64,000 nucleotides of DNA. Origin: Takakia lepidozioides (taxonomy: Eukaryota; Plantae; Bryophyta). Positions within the stretch are counted from its first letter, which is position 1. Each line of letters opens with the position of its first letter. The stretch covers positions 80,662,001-80,726,000 of the forward strand of contig CM060731.1 in the NCBI GenBank assembly GCA_030704615.1. The letters are read 5' to 3'. The notes beneath the pieces are model-generated. The model did not search any database and had not been told where the DNA came from. It saw nothing but the letters and a program-made list of their open reading frames with translations. This document shows positions 51,150 through 64,000 of this stretch, piece by piece. A program made the position numbers and the translations under genes.

Positions 51150-51579
51150 CAGTGTTGGTCTAGTATGGATATTAGTCAACGCTGGTATCAACCCTGGTAT
51201 CAGGGACCAGACCAGCCTAGTCTTAAGCTCTACAATATCAGGTCATATACCACACCAGGCTGGTATCCGTTTTCTCATACCAGCCACAATACCAGTACCC
51301 CCTCATTTACTCTGGTATGTGTACTATACTAGTTTATGTGTACATACATGTACTTATTTATATTTACTTTATGTTTATTGTATTTGTTTTCACTTGATAT
51401 TTGATAAACTTGTAAGTCAAATGGCTTTGGAATGATAACCATAATTGATATCTCATATCAGTATCTGGAAAAAAAATACATCCACTATTACATAGACCAG
51501 ACTGGTATGAAAGTTTTGTGATGGCGATTCTACCAGGACCAGTCTGGTATGTGCTAAACCTGATACCAGACCAACACTG
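51150..51579. mobile_element. hAT-type MITE, copy B (inverted relative to A)
   Basis: TIRs cagtgttggtct...agaccaacactg; flanks gtaattttac / gtaattac. Confidence 0.88.
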
Positions 51580-52499
51580 GTAATTACAATATTATCTCGT
51601 GTCAGTTTAAATATTGTAGATGCATATATATATATATTATAATTTATATTATACTGTAGATAATTATTTTATGTATTGTGAATTATTAATTAATCTCGTA
51701 TGAAACCATAAACTATTTAGATTTATATAAGCTTTTGAAAGTAGGTTTTTTATGAGCTATAATACAATAAATTCTAACAAGTATCTATCTAGAGAAACTT
51801 ACAAAATTTATTATCAATATTTAAATTTAGAGTTTCTAAAATAAAAATAAAAGGAAAACGGAACAAATTAAGAAAGAAAAAAATAACTTTGTGACACTAT
51901 TTCAATAAATCGTGTATGTTTGAAAATGGAGCCCACATTATTTTTTGGGCCATAGTTCAATGTATTTGAAAGAGTCATTTACACAAAAAAAACTAGACTA
52001 AGTTCCATGTTCATTTCCAATTGCCCCCAAGCCAATCGCACCCAACTTTGTTTCCCCTTCATAAAATTACTTAACTTGGGCACTTGAGTAGGTAGCCTGG
52101 TGATTGTTTGGTATCTTGCATACGCATAACTTGGATAACCTAACCCTCTTATGTTATTCCACCTCTACCTGCTTAGTTGTCTGTCCCGCAAACTGTAGCG
52201 CATCACCACATCATTTATGGGAATTACTACAGCAAGATAACTTATCACCCACCCGAACTCGGCTAGCTAATTTCTCGAGCTTCCAGCCTTAATTCACCTC
52301 CACAAAGCCCCAGTATAGTATTCTCACCTAATTATCACCCATCACATAATAACACAACATCCGCCTATGTGCTGGAATAAGTACAATGCTTAACCTGAAA
52401 AATGTATGTGGACCAATATGGAGCATCGTGTACCACTACTATGTACTCTTGAACATGAAAATGAACTCCTCATAAACACAATACCTGGGGATATAAAGA

Positions 52500-54528
52500 C
52501 GACCTCTTCGTTTGTCATGCAACCCATAATCTACAACGTAATGTTCGAATGATAACTGAATATCATCGCCGAACCAACACTAACTATCTGGCACATATTC
52601 ATAACCAACATGCTACACAGCCACAACCAACATCTGACAAACGCTTCATCAGCCCACCAAGAAAATTTACCGAATCTACATATTTCTTTAGTTGAATGTA
52701 ATCAACCAGATAAGGATATACTATGAACTCAACCTCATATCCAGACCCAAAAACATGGCCTATATATGTGGTCCATTAGGTTATTGCATTGGGAATATAA
52801 CACTCAGAAGTTGACATGGCTGCGGAAAAAGTTCCATTCCAACCCGAGTCCATAGTTTAGAGGTCCCCGCATGTCATCAACATTTGCACTGGAAGTTTCC
52901 AGACTTCTTCAACGATATGCAGTACAAGACCTTTCTCCCAATTATCCAAGCACAATACACAAAGGTTCTCTTGTGTACTTCCACTCAACAGTGACCATAC
53001 CTCTCCTGGATTTCTTTACCACAAAACTTCGGCTCACTTCATACTACTCCAACCCTCTCACATATGCACTGGAAATGACAAGCTACTCCAATTTATATGA
53101 AACTGATCAATATTTTGTTCCCTAGGTTTAGCAAGATCCCATCAATGCCAAGGGCGTGACTTTGTATACCCCAAAAATCCTAGCATAGCGATACATTGGG
53201 CACGCATAGTTATCCATGCATCCAATGAAGCTTTTACCATCTTATTTATTCCACACAACAACCACACCAACAATGATCACCCTCTATTGGCAAAACCCCT
53301 CGGGATGCTCACATTTGTTATATTTGATCCTCGCACAATCATATATGAGTGCTCCCCGCCCTTACCGGCCTATATGAAATATCATGAACCATCATTAGCT
53401 AAACTGGTTTGTATACACAATTGACACAATTCCAAAAATACCATGCACTTTCTTCTAATAATTAACACAATTACTAAATCATTTATTTGGTCCCACAACC
53501 ACGGTTTATTATCCAATCGAAACGCCCCACATATACCCCCGAATCAACCTAAACAAGCTCTAGAATTTGGCAGTTCATAGACCACTTTAGACAATGCCAC
53601 AACAACCTTTTGTCATTCCAATTCTGGAATTTACAAACCGTTCTCCACTAAAATTCGTTCCTAATCAATGTATATATACGGATGGCTCTTTAAAAGATGC
53701 ATATGCTGGTTATGACACTTATACTGCTAGCACTAACTTGAGAACATACGATCGATACCCAGGTTGCCAGAACATTTTATATGCAGAGCTCATGGCCATA
53801 CGCGATGCTTTGAAATCTCTCGCATGTCAACTTGCCTCAATTTACTACATTTTTATGGACAACTTGGTCTCTCTCTACCTTCTCATAAACATAAACCAAA
53901 ACCAAAACCCTTCCTCACAAATTCACCACCATGATTTTAATCTCATTGAAGCAATTATAGATGTAGTAGGCGAAACCAAAGATCAAATCCATGGCATTTG
54001 GCACATGTACAAACTCCTACATATCCAAATGGATCTCCTTCCCACATCTCTTGCATGGTTTGTCCAATCATTTTTGGACATCATGCATAATCATAGATGC
54101 CCAAATTAAACAAATGCTACAATTCCGATATGGACAATACATGGGTTGTGGCTTGTATTATATCCTAACAAGCATTGCACATCATGCAACGCACAGCCTC
54201 CTCAAGTAGACACATGGCCAACTTGCTTCTCCATTGTAAGCATCCCACAATCCATAGACTACATATAACCCAACATAACCAAGGAGTTTGACATCTTCAA
54301 AATCTTCTAATTCTCTCACATCCTAAATCCAAATGGTTCAACCTCATCAATGCAAGCACGTTTCAAGGTAGACCACCGGACCACATAATATCTCAATGGC
54401 TTCTACCCTGCACATGTCTCTATGTCCCCATGTCGCTGTCTAGCAAGGTTATGCCCTGATATTTCACTTATCCATGGACTCCCTATTTAGTCAACAATAC
54501 CAACAGATCCACATCCTTCATAGAATTT
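52500..54528 (+). mobile_element. Older degenerate fragment of the RNase H + RLE (Dualen-like) LINE family
   Basis: IYTDGS...AGY...ILYAELMAIRDAL...IFMDNL; DAQIKQMLQFRYGQYMG; FQGRPPDHIISQWLLPCTC; RLCPDI; FIEF, colinear with 35880-36990. Confidence 0.8.
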
Positions 54529-54529
54529 A

Positions 54530-55350
54530 TGGCTCCACTGGTCCCATCTCCACTTCCAGCTTAGTGTTGCAGCTCTCACAATACCTCTCTCAACAGCCGC
54601 CGATCACCTCTTAGGACCAAGGCTAGACGGGTCAGCCTCCTCTCTCATGCAATGCCCACCTCCTATCCCCTATTCCGGCGCTCTCTGCCCCCGGAGCGCC
54701 AGTATGCCCTCCTCTCTGCCTTCCGATCAACATGGGGAAGCATGGGGTCCTTTGTCGCTACACTGATGGTCTCTCTTGTATATGGGGACACAATTCCATC
54801 CCAATGGCAGGGCCACAGATCCAATCTCTTCAGCTTCCCCAGAATTTGAGAGATCTGACAGGTCGGATATCAATTGGAGGCACATCAGATCATCCTCGGC
54901 GGCGAGACTCCAATTCCACAGATAGATTCTTTTCTGCAAGTGGCCAGCTTCTGTTTCTAATTTCATAGTACTTCAAAACCCTCGATCCTGGCATACTCAT
55001 GCATTTCCGTCCGTCCGTTCGGTTCTTGTGCTCTAAGCATCCCTCGGGGGCTCTCTTGGCCTGTTTGACCGTTACGGTCTACTAAGCCAGTCGGCTCTAG
55101 GGTTCTTCCGGCTCGGTCTCAGCTAGCTCTGGCAATAGGGCTACGTTCATCGTTCGTCTCATTTGTCATTTATGACATAGTCACTGTTCCCCTGTTATCG
55201 TGCACGGCCTTCCATGGGACATGCCTCATGGCAGGCTCTTAAGGGTTTTAATTTTTTTCCCTTCAATAATGTAAATAATGTAAGGCTAAGAGGGCTTCCT
55301 CTTACTCACAATAAAATTCTCAGGGCCACTGTCCCATGTTGGAAAAAATA
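54530..55350 (+). mobile_element. L1-like LINE 3' fragment
   Basis: RQYALLSAFRSTWGSMGSF resembles RRAQLLAAFDSSRGKDGVF (~40950); DINWRH; ends caataaa...agggccactgtcccatgtt plus A-rich tail. Confidence 0.7.
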
Positions 55351-55429
55351 TAATATATAATATATTTTATTATCATAAATACTCTAGCCAATTAATTATG
55401 TATAAGTGTGAAAAATAGGATGGGGAGGG

Positions 55430-58400
55430 GGGCGATGGCGGAGCTGCGAGGGAGCGCTCAACGGTCGCTTTGTCTCACACCCCCACCTTACTACTACTTC
55501 TTCCTCATGTTTTCTCAACCCTTTAACTGGCATTATGATCTCCCCGCTTTCTTTTGATAATCATCTCGAAGCCTTCTATGTTTTTTTTGGTGTTTTTTGT
55601 CTAATCTGCAGAATGTTCATCCTTCTTCTTCTGCATCCCCTCCTTCATCTCAATATACTACCTCTACCTGCTACTAACTCTATGCCTTATCTAGCATTAT
55701 GACCCCTTTCCTGCTTACCTTCTCGTCATTTTCATCTCAAAGTCGTTTGGGTCTGGGATCTTTAGAGACTGTTTGTCCTACTTATGAATTCACTCCTTTC
55801 ATCTCGTACAGATCTTGCTGAATCCCTAAACAGCCCTTTAGAGCCGTCTCTAATTAAGACGGCAGTCACTCTCTAGTTTCCCGCTACTTCTTCCCCCTTC
55901 CAGCTCGTTCTAAGTTCTCGCTCACCTAACTCCTCTCAATGGCCCCCGGTAGCAGCAAGCCTAGGTTTAAGGAACCGGTGGAGACTCGTATTCCCAGGAA
56001 CTTGTTGACAAATGTTCAAAGGAAATTTCAACCCTCCTCTGGAACAGGCTTCTTTCTGGCGCATCAGGCCAGGTCAAAATCCCAAAATCCCAAAATCCCA
56101 AAATCACCACTGGCATTGCTTGTGACTCTAATTTCGCCAACGCTTGCCTTCGGACTACATCCTTCATAGATCTGGACCTTAGGGGATGCTCAGCCTTGGA
56201 GATTATGGAAGCCCCCAAGGCAACATGCATAACGCCTCTAATCTTCAGGAAAGGTAACCCTCCAGCTATACTTATTACTTCGGATGATCTGGAATGCGTG
56301 GAATCTATCTGGATTACTACAAGTGACATCAAGAACTTTGTGAAGACTTGTCCCCCCGACAGCAATCCACAAATATTATTCAAAAACAAAATCCAGGATT
56401 TTTCCCACTCCTTTCTGCCTCACTATTTCATAACTCCATCGACTCTCGGGTGTTTTGGGGAGCATACCTGGAAGACCACCCTGGTCTAAGTTGCAAACCC
56501 TCAACCCAAATTTTGGCTCTGATGGAGGAGGCAGAAATCTATTCTTCCTCTCCGCCAATCTCTGCCATGTGGACTTATGAAGAAGGGCTCGAGGGCCCTA
56601 GAGGAAGTCACAAATTGCAGATAAGAAACCAGGATACCCTGGTGAATGGTTTTCAGTTACTAGCGGCACACCTGGGCTCTGAAATAGAAGAAGACAACCA
56701 CCGCATGGAGATCCAAAGAACAAGAGACTACTTAAAAGGAGTCAGGGTCCCAGAGAGTTCCTCAACATCTGCAGACTCACAAGTGGACTCGTCCTTGGAG
56801 GCAGCGAAGGGCAATAAGGAGGACTTGGTGACTACGGTGAACTCCCTGCACATCTCCCCGCCATCCACTACTGATAACATGCTCAACAATTCCAACGACA
56901 AGTCTCTGCCCGTGGTATTCCCACTTCACTCTCATCCTCCATCAAACCAGGTTCTCTTCTCACCTTCCCCCTGTCTTTTCTTCCAGGTCTTATAGCCAGA
57001 GACACTAACAAATGTTGGTTGTTGTGTGGTAGGAAAAGACTCATCTGTGGGAAGAAAAATAGGCTTTTGCTCCCAGCCTTCGACTTGCCACATGATACTC
57101 CCTCGGGCACTATATTTGATGTGAATTCTCTTCCCTAGTGGCATCCAGGCCTTCAAAGCCTCTTGTCTGCACCCTTCTTCCCCAAAAACGTCACCATCCT
57201 GTTAGTAAATATCACATCCTTATCCACGGACCAATTCCAGCTACTGCCACAGGGCACTGACTTGCATCCTCTCAGGGGTATCTTCATACAAATCTGTAAG
57301 AAAAACCAAAAACCCCCTAACAACTTTGTTTGGACAAACTCATTGCGCCCGCGAGACCGTAGGATCAAATTCTTCTTCCAAAACCATAGGCCATCAAATG
57401 AGACTCCTTGTCCCAGCCTACCCCCGGTGTTCAATGATACTTAACCTTCATTCATGGAATATCAGAGGGCTGGGGGCTGACCCTGCCTCCCTCAAGCGTC
57501 TAAAAATAAAGACTTGGCTTGCTAATTTCCTTGCAAATGACTCCATTATTCTTCTTCAGGAGCATAAACTCGACCAACTCAAAATAGACAAGTACCTGAC
57601 GGACTACATGTGGCCTATGGCTAATTCCCTTTGGAAACCAACCTCAGATGGTACAAAGGGGGGCACCGCAATACTTATTTCTCCTTCCCTTCAACCTTTC
57701 CTCTCCAATGAAGCCATCTGGATTCCTGGGAGATTACAATTTTGCTCCATCACCATGCCCAACCATAGGAACCTTAGGGATTGTCAACGTATATGCTCCG
57801 AACTTTGCGGTAGATAGAACTCAATTCTGGTCTGAACTTAATTCCAGGATGTGGAATCAACCATCCATAGATAGCTGGATTGTCGCTGGCGATTTTAATA
57901 TGGTCAAATCCTTTGAAGACAGAAGAGGGGCCGGGACATTCAACCCTAATCCTGATGAAACTGACCAATGGAGCTCTTGCACTCTCTCACAACCTAGCAG
58001 AGGCAGCTCCAATCTTTGGGCATGCCTCCAATATCAAATTCACCTGGACAAATTATAGGTCCCTCTCTGACCTCTGTATGGCTCGTCTAGACAGACTTTA
58101 TGTTTCTCTTGATCTGGTTCAGCAATCCAAGAGACTGCCTCAGGAACCCATTTCACTGGGCTTCGATCATGCACCTGTTTCCATGACCCTCTCTCTGCAA
58201 GACTCTCGTCGTCGAGGGAGAGGCCTTTACAAGATCAACAATCTCTTGCTAAAATTACCTTCCTTCAAACAGGGATTGCAAGTCTGGGCTCAAGCGGGGG
58301 ATGAAAATCAAAACCCAACAGATAGATTCATGACCAAACTAAGGGCAGTCAATATTGAGAGCCAAAAATTGTCAGTCATCGGCTGCCATTAGAAAGAGGA

Positions 58401-60570
58401 AAGGTGTAGCATTGACTAAATGTCTCAAGGTTTGCCAATCTAGGCTGGAGTCAACCCGTTGTGATGAACAGACATACCATACCTACTTGGAAGCTAGATG
58501 CAATCTGGACATTCATTACAAGATCCAGGAGCGGAAATGGAAGCTACAAGCGGGGGTTAACTGGTCTACGAAAGGAGAAAAGATGACTAAGTATTTCTTT
58601 TCTAAGACAAGGCTTAGAAGAGCTTCCCAGTCCATATCTGAGCTGAGTGATCAATCTTCAGGTCTCGCAACAAACACTCCCAAAACAATGGCAGACTTGG
58701 CTAGCAAACACTTTGAGCTCCTCTTTCGTAGCAACCTCAATACTTTGGCTCCTACCCCTTTGCAAATTTCCTGCTTGGCTCACACTCCAGAAATTCTCTC
58801 TCAGCAAAACGCCTCATCTTTAGAAGGTGAATTCAGCAAGAGGGAGCTAGAGGAGGCTCTGGACAAGCTTCAAAACAACAAGGCACCTGGAATGGACGTT
58901 ATATCAGTGGAGTTTTATAAGGCTTTCTGGCCAGAAATCTCTCTGGACTTTACCTTCATGGCTAATCACCTATTCCAACAAGGATCAATGCCTCCAGCTC
59001 TTGCCCAAGGGGTAATCATCCTTCTTTACAAGAAGGGGGACAGAACAAATGCTTCTAACTATCGCCCTATCACTCTTCTAGATTTCGCATACAAAATCAT
59101 AGCCAAGGCCCTTGCGCTTAGACTACAACCTCTCTTGCCAACACTTATTCGTCCAAACCAAACAGGGTTCATCAAAGGCCGCTATATTCTTGACAATCTG
59201 CTGTTGGCTCAGGAAATCCCGCAATATGCCTCTAGGACAAACCAGGCCATTGCCCTCTTACTTTTGGACTTCGAAAAGGCATTTGATAGAGTACAATGGT
59301 CTTACCTTCTTGCAGCATTGGCCAAGATTGGCTTCCCCCAATCCTTCTGTAAATGGGTTCAAATTCTTCTTACCTCCTCAAGCAGCCGGGTCAATATCAA
59401 TGGCCACTTGTCTAAATCCTTTCCCTTGCAGAGGTCAGTACGCCAAGGCTGTCCCCTATCCCCATTGTTGTTCCTGATAGTGGCTGATTCCCTAGGATAT
59501 ATGTTACAGCTAAACCACTTCATAAAAGGCCTCAAGCTTATCAATTACATAACCAGATAGAACACCTACTTAGTGGACTCAATGTTCATAGATGATACAT
59601 TTCTAATGCTTCAGGCCTCGACTGATAACCTGGATGCAGCAGGGCAGACACTGGAAACCTTCTGTTCGGCATCTGGATTTAATGTAAACTGGAATAAAAC
59701 CGCGGGCCTCTTGGTGGGTGATCTCTCCACCTCCAATCTGGGAGTCTCTCCTACTTGGGGGGTAAACCAGGGTTTACATTGGCTCAAACCAGGGGAAACC
59801 ACCACGCTGCTAGGATACACCTTTGGGCTGGAGCTCACGGATTTGTAGAAATTTGCACCTACATTGACGAAACTAAAAAGGAAACTAACCTACTGGGTTC
59901 AAAACACCTATCTATAACGGGAAGAGTACTGGTAGCCAACCAAGTACTGTCAGCGGGTGTATGGTACTATGTTGCGTCATGGAGGCCTAACTCCAAACAA
60001 ATACAGGAAATCAGAAGACTGCTTAGGAACTTTATATGGGGTGCAGAGAGCTCTACGCAAAATAAACGGCCTCAAGTGGCATGGTCCCAGATCTGTCTCC
60101 CCCCCAAAAAAAAAGGCCTCGGTGTCCTAGATCCGGAAACCCAAATCACTGCTCTCCTTGGGAAATGGATTCCCAGATTTCTTGGGCCAGAGGGAGGATG
60201 GTGGAAATTCCTTGTCTATGATCATATTGTCAGCTCTTCTCCTTTGAAAATTGTCCCCTGGCAGCCCTCACTGCGCTGGACAACCCAAGGGTTTAATCTG
60301 AAAACTACTGGTTCATCTCTGTGGGCCAACATCTGGCTAGCTTGGGGAAAGTTGAGGAAATTCCTCCACAAATCTTAGCCAGCTACCTACCACGAGACTC
60401 TACGACAACACCTTCTCTTGAACACAAACACCCCTGATCCTTTGCAAAGGAACCAAGCAAAGCGCTGATCCACATGGGACAGACAAGGCATCAGCCAACT
60501 CTACAATATTTGGAGGAACAATAGCCTCAGTTCCCTGGACTTAATAGCAGATTCGGTAGGCAGGGCAAGG
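55430..60570 (+). mobile_element. Near full-length degenerate L1-like LINE, 3' end lost at the Gypsy junction
   Basis: Fragmented upstream ORF (~55939-57444) followed by an APE-RT ORF2; 5' boundary approximate. Confidence 0.85.
57434..60560 (+). pseudogene. LINE ORF2: AP endonuclease and reverse transcriptase, frameshifted
   Basis: SWNIRGLG, LLQEHK, VNVYAPN, VAGDFN, ARLDR, FDHAPV (APE); KAPGMD, NYRPITLL, LDFEKAFDRV, VRQGCPLSP, FIDD (RT). Confidence 0.95.
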
Positions 60571-60579
60571 GCAGTTAAG

Positions 60580-63500
60580 GGAGAGGCCGGGTACAAGAGT
60601 AATCCCATCGTTAGTCATCGTCTTGCAATCTGTGAACTTGAGTCAGGATCTCGTGTGGTGGTCTCCTAGTAGCATGGCCTTGCATTTCTTGTAAGTCTTC
60701 CATGGTTGTATCCACTCCCACTATCCAATGCAATGCGGACATAACCAATCCCCATCAGGAACCATCTCAAGAGGTGGAGTCAAGCATCCCATATGCCAAC
60801 CTCTAGAGCATCGATCACACACCAACATGGTGGTTGCCCCTCTAGTAGACCCACACAACATGCACCTCAAACTTGCAGGTACCACTGCCAGGTTTGGGTC
60901 AATCCTGCCATCGACATTCAGAAGGTGACATGGCGCGCAATTACGCACATGGTCCTTCCAAGTCATGCCATCCCGGCCCTCCAAGATCAGGACGCCTGAG
61001 GGCAATACCTCTCGAACCCTCAAAATAACACGTCCTACAGTCACATCCAGGGTCGTTGGAGCAGTCTACTGCAAATAAACATAGTCACCAGGGTGAAATC
61101 TCCGAACCCCAGGACGATAGCCCCCACCACGTATGATAGCATACCTCAACGTATGACAATGTTGTGCAATGGCAAGGTTCTCGAAAGCCATGGGCATGAC
61201 TTTCTTGAACAACTCCGCGCACTGACCACATGCACGTGCCCACACGTCCGGATCATCAAGATTGAAGACTACTGTAGTCTCCCTGCGAATAGATGCAGGC
61301 AAATCTGGCTCTCGGCCAAAGAGAAAGAAATAAGGCGAGAACGAGGCAAGTGATGCTTGCTTGCTGAACCTGTAGCCCATGGCTAACCACGGTAGCTGAA
61401 GGTCCCAATCTCCAAGGTATCCCTTCCGCAAGCCATACTTGCGCAAACCTCTCTTCACCGTTTGCACAACTCTCTCTGCCAAGCCATCGGCCTCAGGATG
61501 GTCCTGAGAAATGGTGCGGTGGTCTATTAAGGCCTTGTCACACAATGCCTGAAACTCCCCCAAGAACTCTCTCCTTTGATCCGTGAGTACCTCAGCTAGA
61601 GCACCGAATCGGCTAAGTACACGATCCAAGAATGCATACGCAGCTCCCTCACTAGCCTTATTAGACAATGGAACCAACTCGATCCACTTGGAAAAGTGCT
61701 CCACCATCACCAACACGTACTTGTTGTGACGCATGGTCAGTGGCAACGGCCCTGCGAAGTCAAGACTCCATATGTAGCCCAATCCCATGATCGGAAGAAT
61801 GTGCAATTGTGGTATAGGGGCGTTGAATGAAGCACGCACCATGTCACACACTATGCACCTAGTCACAAAATTGTTGCACCTCTGTGTGCATACCACGCTA
61901 CCAATACTGCCCTTGTAGTAGATTATGAGTGCGTCGCACCCCAAAGTGCCCCAACTCCTCATGGGCATGCCACACTAACCGTGCCCGTTATGTTGGGTGA
62001 GGCACAATCTTCACTCGACCATCCTCCCACACTCTGAGCAGGTGTGTCTCCTCCCACTTGAACCTCTTGGCTCGTTGTAGGATCCGATCCCTCTCCTTGG
62101 CTGTCACAGTGGCTGCCGTGTCTCCAGTGCGGAGATAGTCCAACACAGCTGAATCCTCATGTATATCTTTGGCGCCACCTTGCTCATTGCTGGCCTCAGG
62201 GTCCTCAGACACTCGGTCTACAGTCATCCCTATTGTAGGTCCAACCTGGCCTTCCGCTGCCAAGATACACAGAAATGCAGATGCATGTCATCCGGGCACC
62301 ATCTCCTCGTCCGTCTCACCATGCCACCGAGCTCCAGTGTCATCCTGTTGGCTCGTGCATGAATTGCGACTCAACCCATCCGCATCCCGATTGACCAAAC
62401 CCGGTCGATGCACAACCTGAAAGTCATACTCTTGAAGTATGAGTGCCCAGCGTGCAAGCTTCCCCGTAAGCTTGTCTGACTCCATCAACCACTTGAGTGG
62501 TTGGTGATCCGTGACAAGGGTGAAGAGATTGTCGTATAAATAGCACCTGAAGTGTGCCACGGCCCACACTGCAACTAAGCACTCTCCCTCATATGAGCTA
62601 TACTTAGCCTCTGCAGCGTTGTTCGAGCGGCTAACATAAGCCACTACAAACTCTCTTCCCTCATCATCCATCTGTGTGAGCACCGCTCCAAACCCCAGCA
62701 TGCTCCAATCTGTATGCAGCTGAAAAGGACGCCCCCTGATAGGTCGTCTCAAGATGGGTGCCGAGGTCAACATTGCCTTGAGCTCTTGAAAAGCTCGTTC
62801 TTGCTCATCTTCCCATTGCCACTCCTGGTCCACCTTGGTCAGCTTGGTTAGAGCCTTTGCAATGGTACTAAATCCCTTGACAAACCGTCTATAATAGTTT
62901 GTCAAACCCATGAAAGCTCGAACTCGGCTCACATCCGTGGGGCGTGGAATCTGTGCAATGGCCTCTACCTTAGTCTGCTGTACCCCCAATCCTCCAGGAT
63001 ATATCATATGACCCAGATATTCAATCTGGTTGTGGAAAAACTTGCACTTCCTCGGATGTAACTTCAATCCGTGCGCCCTCAAGCGCTCAAATACCACCTA
63101 AAGGTGTGTCTCATGCTCCTCCACCATAGCACTAAAGATGATGATGTCATCTATGTAGCACCGAGCAAACTCCACCCCTGCTAGAATCATGTCCATGACT
63201 CTTTGAAACTCTGCAAGAGCGTTCTTAAGCCCAAATGGTAAGAATAGCCACTGATATAGGCAATCCTTCCCGTGCTCATTGATCCCCAGAATGTCGTCTT
63301 CTGCTTATCCGCCTCCTTGATCGGCAACTGGTGATATCCAGATCGTAAATCCAAAGTGCTAAAGACCTTGGCATGCCCAATGGCATCAAAGATCTCCTCT
63401 GGTGTTGGTATGGCATACCTATCGGACTTGGTCTGACGATTTACAGGTCGGTAATCACCGCACATATGTCTCTCCGTCCAATTGCCATAGACATCCTTCT

Positions 63501-64000
63501 TGGCTGGCATCACTGTGGCTGAAGCATACTCTGCACCAGATAGCTCCACCAAACCAGCCTCCCAGAGGTCTTGAGTCCTCATCTGAATCAAGGACCTCTC
63601 CATGTCACTGTATCTATAGGGTCTCCGAAAGATTGGTGTGTCAGTGGCCAATTCAATGCGAATCTCTTGACCCTTCAGTGCTCCCAAGTCCTTCAAACTG
63701 CAAAGCAGTTCCTATAAGTCCTCAAGAACCGCCGTATACGTCGTATGGGTCCAAACATCAGACTCCCAGTTGTCCTCCGTGACTGCAACCTTGAGTCCAG
63801 CAGGCTTCGAGGTAGAAGACGTGTCCCGTGGTTGCTATGCTGCAACCTCTTGAGCAGTATCCGCTGCCTGCTCTGTAAGTGACAATGCCTCATCCTGCCC
63901 CATCATCTCATCCTTGGGGACCTCCTCAACCCGAGAAAAATCCCCAACCTCATCCATCACCGCCGCCTTGGCTGCCAACTCCCTCTAAACCTCGAGCACC
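60580..64000 (-). mobile_element. Ty3/Gypsy retrotransposon pol (RT-RNase H-integrase-PHD finger), degenerate; runs off the window; no 3' LTR seen
   Basis: RT: RPYR, CGDYRPVN, FSTLDLRSGYHQ, CYIDD. RNase H: LHTDWS, YSSYEGECL, VTDHQPL, DADGLSR. Integrase: HEELGH...CIVC, WSLDFAGP, VLTDQ, DGLAER. PHD C4HC3 at 60730-60864. Confidence 0.95.

Noticed and set aside
60570-60720. Gypsy 3' LTR and polypurine tract
   Set aside because: No convincing PPT followed by TG; the element meets the LINE about 140 bp after the stop, consistent with truncation
61990-62290. Cytosine methyltransferase cargo between Gypsy RNase H and integrase
   Set aside because: The linker is only ~100 codons and has no DNMT motifs

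Overview
Land-plant nuclear DNA, probably a moss or other bryophyte (inferred from the transposase types; not proven). The only intact gene I can support is a 19-exon long-chain acyl-CoA synthetase (LACS4/5-like, minus strand, 803-9401, 661 aa, GC-AG first intron). The rest is a nested transposon field: hAT MITEs and remnants (CAGTGTTGG ends, GT-N4-AC target sites), two gene-capturing non-autonomous CACTA elements, TTAA-flanked piggyBac-like elements, a degenerate PIF/Harbinger element, several L1-like LINEs, two fragments of a LINE with RNase H plus a restriction-like endonuclease (Dualen/RandI-like), a Ty3/Gypsy pol ending in a PHD finger, and an intron-containing YIF1 pseudogene. The most interesting observations are: (1) two different Pack-CACTAs carry the same OSB-type PDF-motif gene fragment, one as a ~1.1 kb inverted repeat; (2) Dualen-like LINE fragments, one with a GNRA-tetraloop 3' end; (3) piggyBac-like elements in a land plant; (4) a PHD-tailed Gypsy integrase. 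All calls were made by eye. No searches or folding programs were run, and boundaries of degenerate elements are approximate.
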